Assembly: GCA_030704615.1 (NCBI GenBank)
Contig: CM060731.1
Location: 15,190,001 to 15,254,000 of the forward strand
DNA from: Takakia lepidozioides
Lineage: Eukaryota; Plantae; Bryophyta
Direction of reading: 5' to 3'
Length of the DNA: 64,000 nt
Shown: positions 14,044 through 26,503 of the stretch, piece by piece
How positions within the stretch are numbered: the first letter of the stretch is position 1
Layout: each line of letters starts with the position of its first letter
The notes under the pieces: generated by a model
The model's database searches: none
Told to the model about the DNA's origin: nothing
The model's input: only the letters and a program-made list of their open reading frames with translations
Translations under genes and position numbers: made by a program

Positions 14044-14520
14044 ACCATGCGCCAGCATACCAATATGAAAACCAGTGTACCCAATGACCAATGTACCAAA
14101 GCTCTTTACCAATGTGCCTACCCTACTGTGGACTATCAATATTGAACTCATCTAAAGTGTAAGAGCCAAGGGGGAGCTTGCCTATACCAGCTTGAGCCTT
14201 GGAGCACCGCGCACAACAAAGAGGGGAATTTTTAGGGTTTCAAAGGAAATGAAAGGTAGCTGGACCCCAGAATGGCCCATGCGCATTGGGTGCCTAGGCT
14301 CCAGCTACCTTTCATTTCCTTTGAAACCCTAAAAATGCCCCTCTTTGTTGTGCGCGGTGCTCCAAGGCTCAAGCTCGTATAGGCAAGCTCTCCCTTCGCT
14401 CTCACACTTTAGGTGAGGGCAATATTGATAGTCCACAGTAGTGTAGGCACATTGGTATAGGGCTTTGGTACATTGGTCATTGGGTACACTGGTTTTCATA
14501 TTAGTATGCTGGTGCATGGT
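14044..14520. repeat. Long foldback: 221-bp inverted arms, 35-nt loop
   Basis: 14044-14264 pairs with 14300-14520; equal arm lengths, scattered mismatches. Confidence 0.93.
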
Positions 14521-16316
14521 AAAACCTCTTACATCATTGGTACTCTTGAGTTGTGGTAGGCTGGTAGGCTAGTTATTTCCGCACGCATATATTTGTATTG
14601 ATTTTTGTTCAAATAAATTTTGATCTTGTTACAAACAACATGAGAAGAGGCTTGCAAGTTTTTTGGTGGAATTTTTGGGTCCCACTTTGGTCCCATAATT
14701 TCCCAACAATTAGGCCAAAATCTGAAAAAATCATAAAATTGATTAGGCACTTTCATTTTGAATTAATTATCGCCTGAACGGTTGTCTAGGAATGGTAAGA
14801 GCCACTTCATTTATGGCTAGCAGTCCCAACTAAGAGCCACTTCATTTATGGCTATCGGTCCCTTTCAAGGATGGTTTCTATAAATGTTTCTATATATAAT
14901 TGTAGAGGCCTAGAGAAATTGCCGCCTCACCATAGCATATGTGACAGTACATTAAAATATTGAGCCCAACACATTGGAATGAAGAAATTAGAGTACTAGA
15001 TCCAATGATTTATCAATGTAACTATAATAACTATTATTACAATTTTTTGTCTATAAACGCTGAGCACCACCAAATGAGAGATGACTTAACTCATACATGA
15101 AGCACATTAGAAAGATGATGGCCTAGTTGCAAAGTGGTACACAATGCTTTAAAAAAACCTTGTCAAGTAAAGATGAATTATCATTGTCTTTTGAAATATG
15201 CAAATCTTTTCATTGGGATATTTATGAGAAATTGGACATCGTAGTGATCATGTTTTATCAGAAGGGAGGACACTAGACATAGTATGGGAGTGAATGCGCA
15301 CGTACTATTAGTATGGTCGTCGCTGGAGACGAGACGCCCTTGGTGGGGACCGCAGTCAAATCCCCATCCATACAGCCTCGCCCTCGTGTAGCACAACAAA
15401 CATGCAGGCTTCTCTATACATCACTCTGTCATTTTTCCATGTGTGAAAAGTGCTATCAAGGGAGATATTTCTTCCCATGAACTTTCTTATACATTCAACA
15501 AAGAGGAAAGTAATATGGAAAAGACAAAGAAGTAGAAATCTCCACTCATTTCCAACTCCATAACAACAAGAAACATTAAAAAATATGAACATGACGCACT
15601 AACCATCTATGATTTTTTTACTCTTTCTTTTTTGTTTTGAGGTTGATAGATGGAACATATGATAGAAAAAAGTTGGGGGAGTATTCAATATTGAGATCTT
15701 CGAGAATTGGTGGTTGAAAGCAATTATTAGAATTTAGAGCATGTTGCATTGTCAATGAGGATGTGAAAGTAGTCTAGATCATCATCGTGGTCTCCATATT
15801 GTATCAGATTATATCTAGTTATGGACAAAGTGAAGACATCTATTACATGAGGCATGTGAATTTTATGAAGTTTGATGAGAGAACTAACGTCTTTTTTCAT
15901 TGAAAATCAGCAAACTTGTTTAAATGTTCATTTCCAATATTATAAGCATGATACCGCGATTGTACTGACAAACTTTACACATGAGTTATCTATAATAATA
16001 ATAATAATAATAAATTGTACAAAACAATGCTCTTTTCACTAACCTCTCTATTGTGAGGTATGTCAGTTTACATATTAGAAAAATTCAAGTCTTATGGAGC
16101 TAAGTAGGGTTATGAGCGCCATACCATGAGAAGCTGATTTGTCACCGCATATTTATGGTTCTTGTAGTGTTTGTGCTCTTTAAACTAGTTAAGTAAATAT
16201 CCTCTTCTTTGCACCTCATGGTAAGTGTGCTCCCATTTTGTAAGAAAAGAAGACCAGCCAACATTGGCTCACGCACATCGATAAAGTTCTTGACAACGTT
16301 TTGAGCTTCAAGGCAA

Positions 16317-16598
16317 CACTACAATCTGGATGCATCAAGATTTGGCAAAGGTACACAGTCCAGAGATCTCATAGACACCTTGCACACCCATGGGATTTGA
16401 GCCATTGCTGATATTGTGATCAACCACCGTAGTGGGAACAAGCAAGATTTTGCTGGCCACTGGAATGTATTTGAGGGCGGTGTCAAGGACAAGAGATTGG
16501 CCTGGGGTCCTTGGGCGGTGGTTGATGATGACACATATGATAGTGGGGGCAAAGGGCACCATGACACTGGAGAGAAATATGGTGCAGCCCTTGACCTG
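16317..16598 (+). pseudogene. Alpha-amylase (GH13, plant AMY1-like) internal fragment
   Basis: YNLDASRFG..DLIDTLHTHGI*AIADIVINHR..WNVFEGG..RLAWGPWAV..DTGEKYGAALDL; in-frame stop; truncated at a transposon terminus. Confidence 0.85.
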
Positions 16599-16600
16599 GA

Positions 16601-16700
16601 GGGTAGCTACTGCATGAGCACACTAAGCGTGAGCAGATTAGGGAAGCGGAGCCTACATCCGAGGTAATACAGGGCCTATTGCCGTGGACGCAAACTCTTC
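16601..16700 (+). mobile_element. Putative MULE-family terminus (end Z)
   Basis: GCTACTGCATGAGC..GCGTGAGC..AGGGCCTATTGCCGTGGAC, resembling the termini at 47337 and 54646. Confidence 0.55.
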
Positions 16701-18318
16701 TGAATAGAAATTCACGTAGGCGACCAGGGACCAAATATGTCGTGCTCCATGCATGCAATGTGGGATGAATATATGATGAAAAATTGCCGGATGAAAGAAG
16801 TGAAGGGATGAATGGTGGATGAATGAGGGATGAAAAGCCGCCCTGAAGAATGGAGCATGCATGGACTGAAATAAGATTTGATTATGCAAACACGGTAAAC
16901 ACGGCAAATTCTAAACCCGGGGAAACACGGAAAACCCTAACAACAAACACTGATCCCGCAACCCAAATTTCAATACGCCAAGGCAAACCATAAGCCGAAA
17001 ACCCCTGCCCGCAATGATAAAACCCAAACCCCAAACCCCAAACCTCAAACCCCAAAGCATAAATGGAAGCCACAAACCCAGAACGGTAACCCTAATTCGT
17101 GAAAGTCTTCCCTTACAGCAACAATGTAGAAGAGGTGGAAGGGCGAAACAATGAGGACGTTGAAAATGTCTTCAAGAATTTATCATGGACGCCACCTCTG
17201 GTAAGAACAGATACCTTGCGTTTCTCCTCCACCCAGCTAAACCCTCTCTGTTCAGCTCCTCTTTGAAACGCACAGCTAGAACTCGAAGAAGAGGCCGGGG
17301 GAGGATGCTGCAGGCACTTAGGGGAAAAACGGCTTAGGAAAACGACTTAGGGAAACCGTGGCGGGGTGCGAGTGGGGACGTGAAAAAAAAAAACCCACGC
17401 AAGAGCTTTGATCCCACGATGTCGCGGCAAGCAGACATGGCTCTCACCAATACGCTACATACACACATCTGAAATTATCCTGCAAAGCTGGTGCCAGCCT
17501 TTGGGGTTGGACTGATCGATAGTTGCCTCTCGTTCTTCCTGAGCTCGCCTCTTGCCTTGAACTGAGAATTGGGCCCCATTGCAGAGGCTAGAGTATGCAA
17601 GAGAGATACTTCGCAAGCCTCTAAGCAGGATCAAACAATGCGGTAAAGCAGAAGATCAGCGTTTGGGAGCTGGCGACTGAAGTTGGTGGCTGGATTGTAG
17701 GAATGAGCTGCGAGGGGCGGGTGTTGGGTACCGGAGCTAGCTGGGGGGAGTTTTTGGATCGGCGTAAAGAGGTTGACAAAGATATTTGATAGATTCATAA
17801 ATGGTGATGGCCGTCAGCCTGGTTGAGCCGACGTCCCATTGATGATGTATCAATCGTAGGAACGAAACGATTTAGTATTTACCTAGGATGAAGAGATGAT
17901 GAATATGGGGGCCCTCTTTTTTGATGAAGCAAAGAAGGTTATGGATTTTTTCAAGCCTGATGTCCTTCGTTTTGAATCGTCCTTGATGTTGTTGTTGTTT
18001 GCGCCTGAGAGTATTGGCTCGTCATAGATTAGTGTCACACCATAGATCCCTGGCTGCGTGAGAGAGACGAAGAGACCGTTGGGCTGACTCCTCTCACCGC
18101 AAAACACGGAGCTCCCGTCGCGCTCCGCCGCCTTAAATGTCAGGTCTTCATAGAATTTTTTCACATTTTTTAAACTTGATATGTTGTAGTGGTTAAGTTT
18201 AGGGTTGTTTAATGTTAATGTTGATGTTGTAGTTTTCAGTATTAGACATTAGAATAGTGTTAGATTCTTTTAAAACATAAGTACGTTGTAGTGAATTGCA
18301 TTATAGATATGGCCAAGG

Positions 18319-19881
18319 ATGCGGACAAAACATCCGGAAAGACAGCTGCAAATAAGAGAAAAAGACCTGAACCCAATCCTTATCGTGAAGAAACGTTTGA
18401 CTACACCCCATCTTAATAATGTCTTATCTTCTTCTACATCCAATCCGATGGTGCTAGGGCCTACTATTGATGCCCCCATCTTCTACGAGGGTCTTCCACC
18501 CCATGTTTTTGTTGAGGCCGCCTATAGTAGTGCTGCCAAAGAGTCGGGAATTGGGCCTACAGCACCCACGTCTCCTCCGACAAACACTTTTGAAGGTGTT
18601 CGGTTAATTGAAGAGGGTCCTAGGAAGGGCCAACATGATATCCCGAATGGTCCTTCTCCAAGCAATGAGGGTAAGAGAGTCATGGCACGTGAATGGACAA
18701 ACCTGACTATGACACAAGAGAGATGGCTTCGGACTTCAATTTATGACGCCGTTGCTCAAGGAGAGGTGGTTTCAAATTTGGTGCAAGACATTGCAAGGGG
18801 CCCCTCTCAATTTGCGACCTCATACACGGCGGTTTGGGTTCACGGTCGTCATTTCCGCATTCGTGCTCTTGACATGAAGTGCAAAACAACCTTTAATTCT
18901 AGCTTGTGTGCCACATATTGGCAAGACTCCGTGTGGGGCAAGGGAGATACACGACCTGCTATGAATAAACTTGAGTACATTGGAGAGCTTGAGAGCATAC
19001 TCCAACTTCAGTATACAAGGTACCGGCCTCTTCTCTTCAAGGGAAGGTGGTTCCAGCCACATCTTGTGAGGCCCTCCGCAACACTAGTGCAAGATGATTG
19101 TGGTTTCACACGCATCAATGCAGATAGGCTCAACCCTACTCATCGTCCCTCCGATGAGTCTTTTTCACGGCCTTCAGACATGGAGCAAGTTTTCTTCTCC
19201 GATGACAAAACAAGACGAGGAATTGGAAGGTGGTTGTGCATGCTCAGCCAAGAGGAAGCCGTATCTACCATGGTCTCGGATCTCCATGGGGTAAGGCAAT
19301 TGCGGTGGACGGAGAGACTGGTCATAATGATGCTGATGATGGAGGTTGGATAGAGGGGGTCAAAGAGGATGATGATGCCCCAGAGAATGCATCCCGGACC
19401 CTATATGATGAAGCTCCAGAAGATACGGCTGTTGGAGAAGGAGACGAAGACACGGCCATTGACAATGAGGTGGAGGATGATTCGGAGATGCCTTTTGAGG
19501 GCCGGACCATTTATGACGATGACTCCGATAACCAAGAAGACTTGCAGCTTGATGAGGATGAAGAAGCTCCGGATGATGATGTTCAAGTTGATTAGACACG
19601 AAATCAAAGCTACATAACAATTCTCGCACCGAACTGTACCGATCCCTTTGATTGATTGTACATGCACATGCATATTGTAGCTTATTTCTACGATTGATCA
19701 AATATGGTTGTGGCTGGTAGTCTTTCAAGAAAGAAGGCAGAGGCATTGAATATGTTGGAGCAACACATATAGATGTGGTATCAAGAGAATTATCAAAATG
19801 AATGTCACAATCTACAAGAACGTCCACAACAACAAGCTAAACCATAAAGAAAAACAAACACCCTACCCCAATACCATATGG

Positions 19882-19913
<32 letters not shown>

Positions 19914-20226
19914 ATGAACCCCTAAAGGCCCTAAACCTAAACCTAGAAAGTCTGGCCGTCGCTGCCTGCGACCCCTATGCGTCGCACGTTGCGATGCGTT
20001 TTTAGCATATATGCAGCCGGGGGTCGCAAACAGCGAGGGCACGCCGTCGCAGGATGCGTCATGTTTTTTTTTTTTAAAGAATTGGGCAGCCCCTGTTTGC
20101 GACGCCCGGCCGTCACCAATGCATTTTGCTATTCATGCCACCATGCGACGGCATGGCGTCGCCAACAAGGGCTGCAATGAAAGAAAGGGCAAGAAATGGC
20201 TGTTTTTGTTTGCGTTGGCGACGGCC
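18319..20226 (+). mobile_element. CACTA remnant: transposase C-terminus (DUF4216-like) plus CGTCGC/GCGACG subterminal repeats
   Basis: EYIGELESILQLQY..LLFKGRWF..DDCGFTRIN..DESFSRPSDMEQVFFSDD, acidic tail; repeats at 19955-20226 continue at 29250->29036 once the inversion is undone. Confidence 0.75.
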
Positions 20227-21611
20227 GACCGTTACCAGAAGAGCTGCCTTCTGCCCTTCGCTGGGGGGCGACGCGGTCCTGATCACTGTTTCTTCTTGGC
20301 TGGGGTTGCACTTGATGCACCCTTACTTGCCTAGGTTCTCTTGCAGCTGTCCTTCTGTTGTAGTAACAATTCTCAGTAGAATGGTTATCCATTTTACAGA
20401 TAGTACAGTGTTTCTCCTTCATGTGTCATTCAGTGGTGGTATGGCCTTCATTCTGACACTTTGCACACCAAACACACTTCCTCCAATGTGTTGTAGCCTC
20501 TGTGGCATACTTCTTCAAGATTTCTTCTAATCTTTTCTCATAGTTATCCCTCTTCAACTTATCCTTTCTCTTACTCTTCCTTTTTAGTTCTTGCTCTTCT
20601 TCTCCATCTGACTCATCCTCAGAGTCCTCATCATCCCTTTTCTCTCTCCTGAGCATTCCCAATTGCTCAATTCTGTTTGCAGTTTCAAATGCCTCCTCCA
20701 CTGTATTATGGGGTAACATATCCACTTTCTTCTGCAACTCTGGTCTTAGTCCACTCACAAACCAAGTGTAAACCTGGTGGTGGTACAGCAGCCAGCTTTT
20801 TCATCATCAATTCTATCTTTTCCATATACTCCTCAACAGTTTCATGCTTCTTTTTCTTTAACTGTTGTAAACTTCCATACACTTCATCCTCAGTTTTACT
20901 TGTCCTGAACCTATTTCGGAATGTTGTATTCAAGCCATTCCAGGTTAGGAAATGATTATCAGGAAATCTTGCATACCATTCACTTGCTTTCTTGATAAGT
21001 GAACAAGGAAACAATCTCATCTTGGCATCATCGCCATTCTCATTGTTCACTATACACATGTGCTCAAATTGGCTAATGTGTACATCGGGATCCCCTTTTC
21101 CTGAATATATTGGAAAAGGTGGTTTTGCCCGTGTTGGTTGTAATGCCATCTGTGGCCCTACGCTCTGCCCACTGACAGGTGCTGGCACCCTTGCTGGTGC
21201 TGGTCCTTGAGGACCTGTTGTAGTTGTGGTGGATCTTCCACCAAGTGGTGGCCCCTGAGCACTCCTTGCTACTGGCCCCATGATATTCACAGTATTCCCA
21301 GCTCCAGTTGCACTACTTCCCACACTCCCTGTCCCCCCAGAGCCAGATCCAGGCAGCCCGCCTGATCCCCCTGAGCCGACACCTTCGTTGGCCTGTGATC
21401 CAAGTGCTCCACTTGATCCAGGTCCAACGGGTTGGGATGTCCTGGTTGTAGTCTCAACCTCAGCTGTTGGGTCTACTTCTTCATACTCTTCCTCTTCCAA
21501 TTTCTTCTCTCTATTTTCATCCTCCAAGTTTTGCCCTTGGGTTTCTTCTTCACTCATGTAACTCAACTGCAATGGTGTTGGAGAGTCTGAACTCTCCGTT
21601 GGCTCTGCCAC
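20226..21611 (-). pseudogene. Gag of element B (frameshifted)
   Basis: ORFs 20706-21611, 20426-20758, 20129-20422; CAKCQNEGHTTTE and CTICKMDNHSTENC knuckles. Confidence 0.85.
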
Positions 21612-22587
21612 ATCCTCTCCTCATTCTTCACCTTCCGCTTCAGAAACTGGAGTTCCTGCTTTTGGTGTTCCATGCCAACTCTTATCAAAGATTTCTGTCA
21701 AATCTTTTATCCAGGGATGTACCTCAGATCTTTCACCTCGTGATTGATCTTCTTCCCGTACCAATTCCCTTAATCTTTCTTGCAAAGAAAAAAAAGGAGT
21801 GGCATCCAACTCTAGTTCTTCCGGTATGGGTGATGTACTCTCTGATCTTAATGGTGTGAGAGGTCCAGATGATTCCCCTATGTCTATTCCTCTCTCCCAA
21901 AGATATGGATAATTAGCTTTCAGATAGCTTTCTCTTTTGCTGAATATCTCTGGCGTCTAGCTTCTCTTTCATCACTCATGTCCCATGTCTTTCATTTCTT
22001 TAATGTGGCAATAACCAAAACTCTCTTCTGTAATATCTCTCGTATATGCCTGGGTTTCTTTCAAGCTTCAATGCACCCTTGGCTATACTAGAAGTCTCCG
22101 TTACCATATAACCATATGGCAAACAAGTCTGGAAAGCTTTTCTTGGTGTGAGTTTGATCCACAAAATATCCTTTGGAATCCAATTCTTTACCAATACAAG
22201 CTCTTCATGCATATGAGTATAAACATTCACCTTTCTTTCCTCCCAGCCTTCAAACTCTACTCGCTTAATGGATAGCAATGCTATCACATAAACCAGTGTT
22301 GGTAACCAACGTGCTCTTCCTCTACAGGCCACCTGATAAATCTTTATCACTCCTTTCTCCAAACCCCACTCAGGGTCAGCATCATGCACTCTCTTAAGAA
22401 TGTTTTCTTTACAACCGTCTGGCAATTCCAAGAACCTCTGAAAGAATCGTTTGGACAATCTTTCCTTCTCAGTTTCACAAGGAATTTGATTCACATCAAA
22501 TTCTTTAATTCTCCATCCACCATGATCCCACCAGATGCCTGTCACATCTGGTTGTTCATGACCCAGTTCCCCAGTATGGTCGCCAAA

Positions 22588-23533
22588 TGTCGCGCGGCTT
22601 TTACTCACCCATCCCTTCGCTATCCGAGGTGGGAACTCCAAGATAGAAGAGTTGGAAATCTCTAAGCACTCAGCCCGCTCAGAACAATCAGTCATGACCT
22701 ACAGCTAGTGTATCATGGGGGTGTTTCCTATTTGTACTCCCTCCCGCATTCATGTTAGCGAGTTACCTTACTATCTGCAATTAAGTATCAGTTTGCTTCA
22801 GAAATCTATCAAGTTCCATCCATTCATTCCACAACTTCACTCAGGTCTCTCGACACAGTGTGAGTATGAAGTATGTATCAGATTAATATCTATCAAGTAT
22901 CAGGCTGAAGCCATGGTGTCTCTATTCTGCTCTACATTACAACTCTACTTCTTGCATTCAGCAAGTATCAACAGATCATTCTCCTCCTACTCCGTGCTCT
23001 CCCTCTTCTGCTCAGAGATGCGCTCTCCGCTTCATTTCCAAGTAGTGATCCCCCCCCCCCCGAAGTCCTTCCAGAAGTGATCCCCCAGAAGTCCCCGTTC
23101 TTGACTTTTTCCCCCTACAAGCTGTTCTAACCGCTTTCCTAACTAACCGTCATCCCTGTAGTACACGTTCCTTTTGCAGATGTCGTTCCTTGCCATTGAT
23201 AACTGTTCCCCAGCTGTGCGAAGCTGTGACTGGCTGTGTAAGGCTGTGGCGGACTGTGACTGGCTGTGTCGGGCTGTGTAGGGCTGTGCAAAGCTGTGGC
23301 GGCTGTGTCGAGCTGTGACGGGCTGTGTCGGGCTGTGATTGGCTGTGACGACAGTGTCGGCTATGATTGGCTATGGCGGCTGCGTCGGACTGTGACGGGC
23401 TGTGTAACCCCCCCCCCCCCCTAAAGTGCGCTGCTGTCACCCCTAAGGCTCCTGTTGGTCTCAGTCTGTGCAAAAATTAAGGGTACCCCACAAATCCCGT
23501 AAAAGTGTCTAAGTCCCAAGCAGCCTTCTAACA
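22588..23533 (-). repeat. 5' LTR of element B (946 bp) with internal ~10-bp GGCTGTG tandem repeats (23205-23405)
   Basis: Reverse complement of 31640-32519. Confidence 0.92.
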
Positions 23534-25917
23534 GTACACTTCCCTCGATGGTCTCTCTGCCTACCGAGATGGTACAGGCAGTGAGTGGGGGCGAGCCAAT
23601 GAGGATCACGGGGTGTAGACATCCATGGCACACATGGGAGGTGCTCGAGGTTCAGAGGGAGTTGGCAGCCAAGGCGGCTGTGATGGATGAGGTTGGGGAT
23701 TCTTCTCGGGTTGAGGAGGTCCTCAAGGATGAGATGATGGGGCAGGATGAGGCCTTGTCATTGACTGAGCAGGCAGGGAGTACTGCTCATGAGGTTGCGG
23801 CATAGCAACCACGGGACACGTCTTCTACCTGTAAGTCTGTTGGACTTAAGGTTGCAGTTACGGAGGACAATTGGGAGCCTGACATTGGACCCATTGTCAC
23901 TAGAGGAGAGAGACGACGTATACGGCGGTTCCTGGGGCTTACATGAATTGCTTTGCCTCTCGTGCTACGGTGGAGGAGCATGAGAGACATGTTCAGGTTG
24001 TGCATCGACCGGGTTTGGTCAATAGGGATGCGGATGGATTGAGTCGCAATCCATGCACGAGCCAGCAGGATGACACTGGAGCTCGGTGGCATGGTGAGAC
24101 GGACGCGGAGATGGTGCCGGGATGGCATGCATCTGTCTTTTTGTGTATCTTGGCATTGGGAGGTCAGGTTGGACCTACAACAGGGATGACTGTAGACGGA
24201 GTGTCTGAGGACCCTGAGGCTAGTGATGAGCCAGGTGGTACCAGAGATATACATGAGGATTCGGTTGTGTTGGACTACCTCCGCACTAGAGACACGACAG
24301 CTAGTGTGACTGCCAAGGAGAGGGATCGGATCCTACAACGAGCCAAGAGGTTCAAGTGGGAGGGGATACACCTACTTTGAGTGTGGGATGATGGTCGGGT
24401 GAGGATCGTGCCTCACCCAACACAGCGTGCACGGTTAGTGCGACATGCCCATGAGGAGTTGGGGCATTTTGGAGTGCAACGCACTCATAGTTTACTGCAG
24501 GGGCAGTATTGGTGGCGTGGTATGCACACAGAGGTGCAACAGTTCGTGGCTAGGTGCACGGTGTGTGACAGGGTGCGTGCTTCATTCAACGCCCCTACAC
24601 CACAATTGCATCCATTACCCATCATGGGATTGGGCTACAGGTGGAGTCTTGACTTCGCAGGGCCGTTGCCATTGACGATGCGTCACCACAGATATGTGTT
24701 GGTGATGGTGGAGCACTTCTCCAAGTGGATTGAGTTGGTTCCATTGCCTGACAAGGCTAGTGAGGGGGCGGTGTATGCAATCCTGGATCGTGTGCTTAGC
24801 CGATTCGGTGCTCCAGCTGAGGTACTCATGGACCAAGGGAGAGAGTTCTTGGGGGAGTTTCAGGCTTTGTGTGATAAAGCCTTGATAGACCACCGTACCA
24901 CTTCTTGGGATCATCCTGAGGCCGATGGCTTGGCAGAGAGAGTGGTGCAGACGGTGAAGAAGGGTTTGCGCAAGTATGGCTTGCAAAATGGACACCTAGG
25001 AGTTTGGGATCTTCAGGTACCTTGGTTAGCCATGGGCTTCAGGTTCAGCAAGCAAGCATCACTTGCCTCCTTCTCACCATATTTCCTTCTGGAGGGTCGA
25101 GATGGCATGGTATGGAAGGACCATGTGCGCAATCATGCGCCATGTCACCTTCCACATGTGGATGGGAGGATAGATCCCAACCTTGCAGTGGTACCTGCAG
25201 GATTGCGTTGCATGCTATGTGGGCATGCTCGTGGTGCCGCCACTATGCTGGTGTGTGATTGATGCTCAAGAGGTTGGCACATGGGATGCTTGACACCACC
25301 TCTTGAAAAGGGTTCCTGATGGAGATTGGTTATGTCCACACTGCTTGGGATAGTGGCAGTGGATATGATTAGCTCACAAGACATAGGAGGCCAAGCTCAT
25401 ATGAGTCAATACCCAAGATCTCATGCTCAAGTTCACAGGTTGCAAGACGGCGACTAACGATGGGGCAACTCTTGTACCTGGCCTCTTGATCTATTGAGTT
25501 TGAGTGTAGTAGGGACAATGGTGGAGGATCTAGTGAGGCTATGGCCACTATTACATCTTGTGGCTACCTGGACTTAGAGGGACCTAAGTGTCAGCTAGGG
25601 GGGCGATTGTGATGGACTAGTGGCAGCCTAATGATGGACTAGTGGCTGCACTAGTGGTGGCTAGTGGCAGCCTAGTGGTTGGACTAGTGGCTGCACTAGT
25701 GGCAGCCTAGTGGTGGACTAGTGGCTGCACTAGTGGTGGCTAGTGGCAGCCTAATGGTGGACTAGTGGCTGCACTAATGGTGACTAGTGGTTGTCTAGTG
25801 GCAGCCTAGTGGTGCACTAGTGGTGGACTAGTGATAGACTAGTGTTTGGTGTGCACATATGTTGTGTGGTTTTGGACATCGATGTAGTTGTGTAGCGATA
25901 TGTATGCGCACGACACA
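23534..25917 (+). mobile_element. Ty3/Gypsy element A (DNMT-bearing), 3' half: post-DNMT linker, RT/RH largely deleted, integrase, PHD finger, PPT, start of 3' LTR
   Basis: QVVHRPGLVNRDADGLSRNP; HEELGHFG..CTVCDR (HHCC); WSLDFAGP, DQGREF, GLAERVVQTVK; PPT AGGGGGGCGAT then TG at 25608; CTAGTGG tandem repeats 25608-25845; right boundary approximate. Confidence 0.85.
23943..25353 (+). pseudogene. Integrase with C-terminal PHD finger
   Basis: After the DDE core: CMLC..MLVCD*CSRGWHMGCLTPPLEK..DGDWLCPHC (C4-H-C3 PHD pattern, with one stop and one frameshift). Confidence 0.88.
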
Positions 25918-26503
25918 ATGCAAAATTTCATAAACAGATATCTAGATGGTTCTTCCCTGCAGCTGTCATCATTGGAAGCAGAGTGTGTCCCTTGTTAATT
26001 CTCATTTAGAAACAGACCACACTTCAGCATTGTTGTGGTGCAACAATACCCTTGATATCTTGTTCATGGTCTGAGTGTAGTCACAGCAAGATATGACATA
26101 ATGTTATCCCCCCCACTACCTTAGCATAATTCAGTAACCCTAACTTCTACATAATAATTTTTCTTCCCTTCATTTGCAGAAAGAAATTAAATTGGACTTA
26201 TGATAGAGGTCAGAATGTATATACCCTCGCTGATGTCGGTAGTGATACCCTAGATGAGTTTGTTTCTAGCAAGTAATGAAATGTAAAATGCAAGTTGGCA
26301 TGGCAATGTAAAACACAAGTTTTTGCTTTGAAATTTATTTTATTTATTCTTATATTAATATAGCATATCAAATATTCATCGTTGTTGCCGAATATAAGAA
26401 AAATAGCCTACTCAAAAATGCTATATATTATAAAATTATATAACTATAGGGTGTAGAAAACCAAAAAATTAGATTAATACCCCCTAGAAAATGTAAGCGC
26501 TTT

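Larger units (their letters stand above)
20223..23533 (-). mobile_element. Ty3/Gypsy element B, 5' half (5' LTR, PBS, extra ORF, gag), inverted relative to its 3' half
   Basis: LTR 22588-23533 (TGTTAG..GCGACA on minus); PBS-like TGGCGACCATACTGGGG; gag PIYSGKGDPDVHISQF..LFPCSL..ASEWY; CCHC knuckles; TSD GTACA 23534-23538. Confidence 0.88.

Noticed and set aside
16905-17100. Telomere-like AAACCC repeats
   Set aside because: Degenerate and scattered; more likely low-complexity transposon sequence
22715-23080. Duplicated ORF MGVFPICTPSR (also 31987-32379)
   Set aside because: Antisense ORF within the two LTRs of element B; duplication explained by the LTRs
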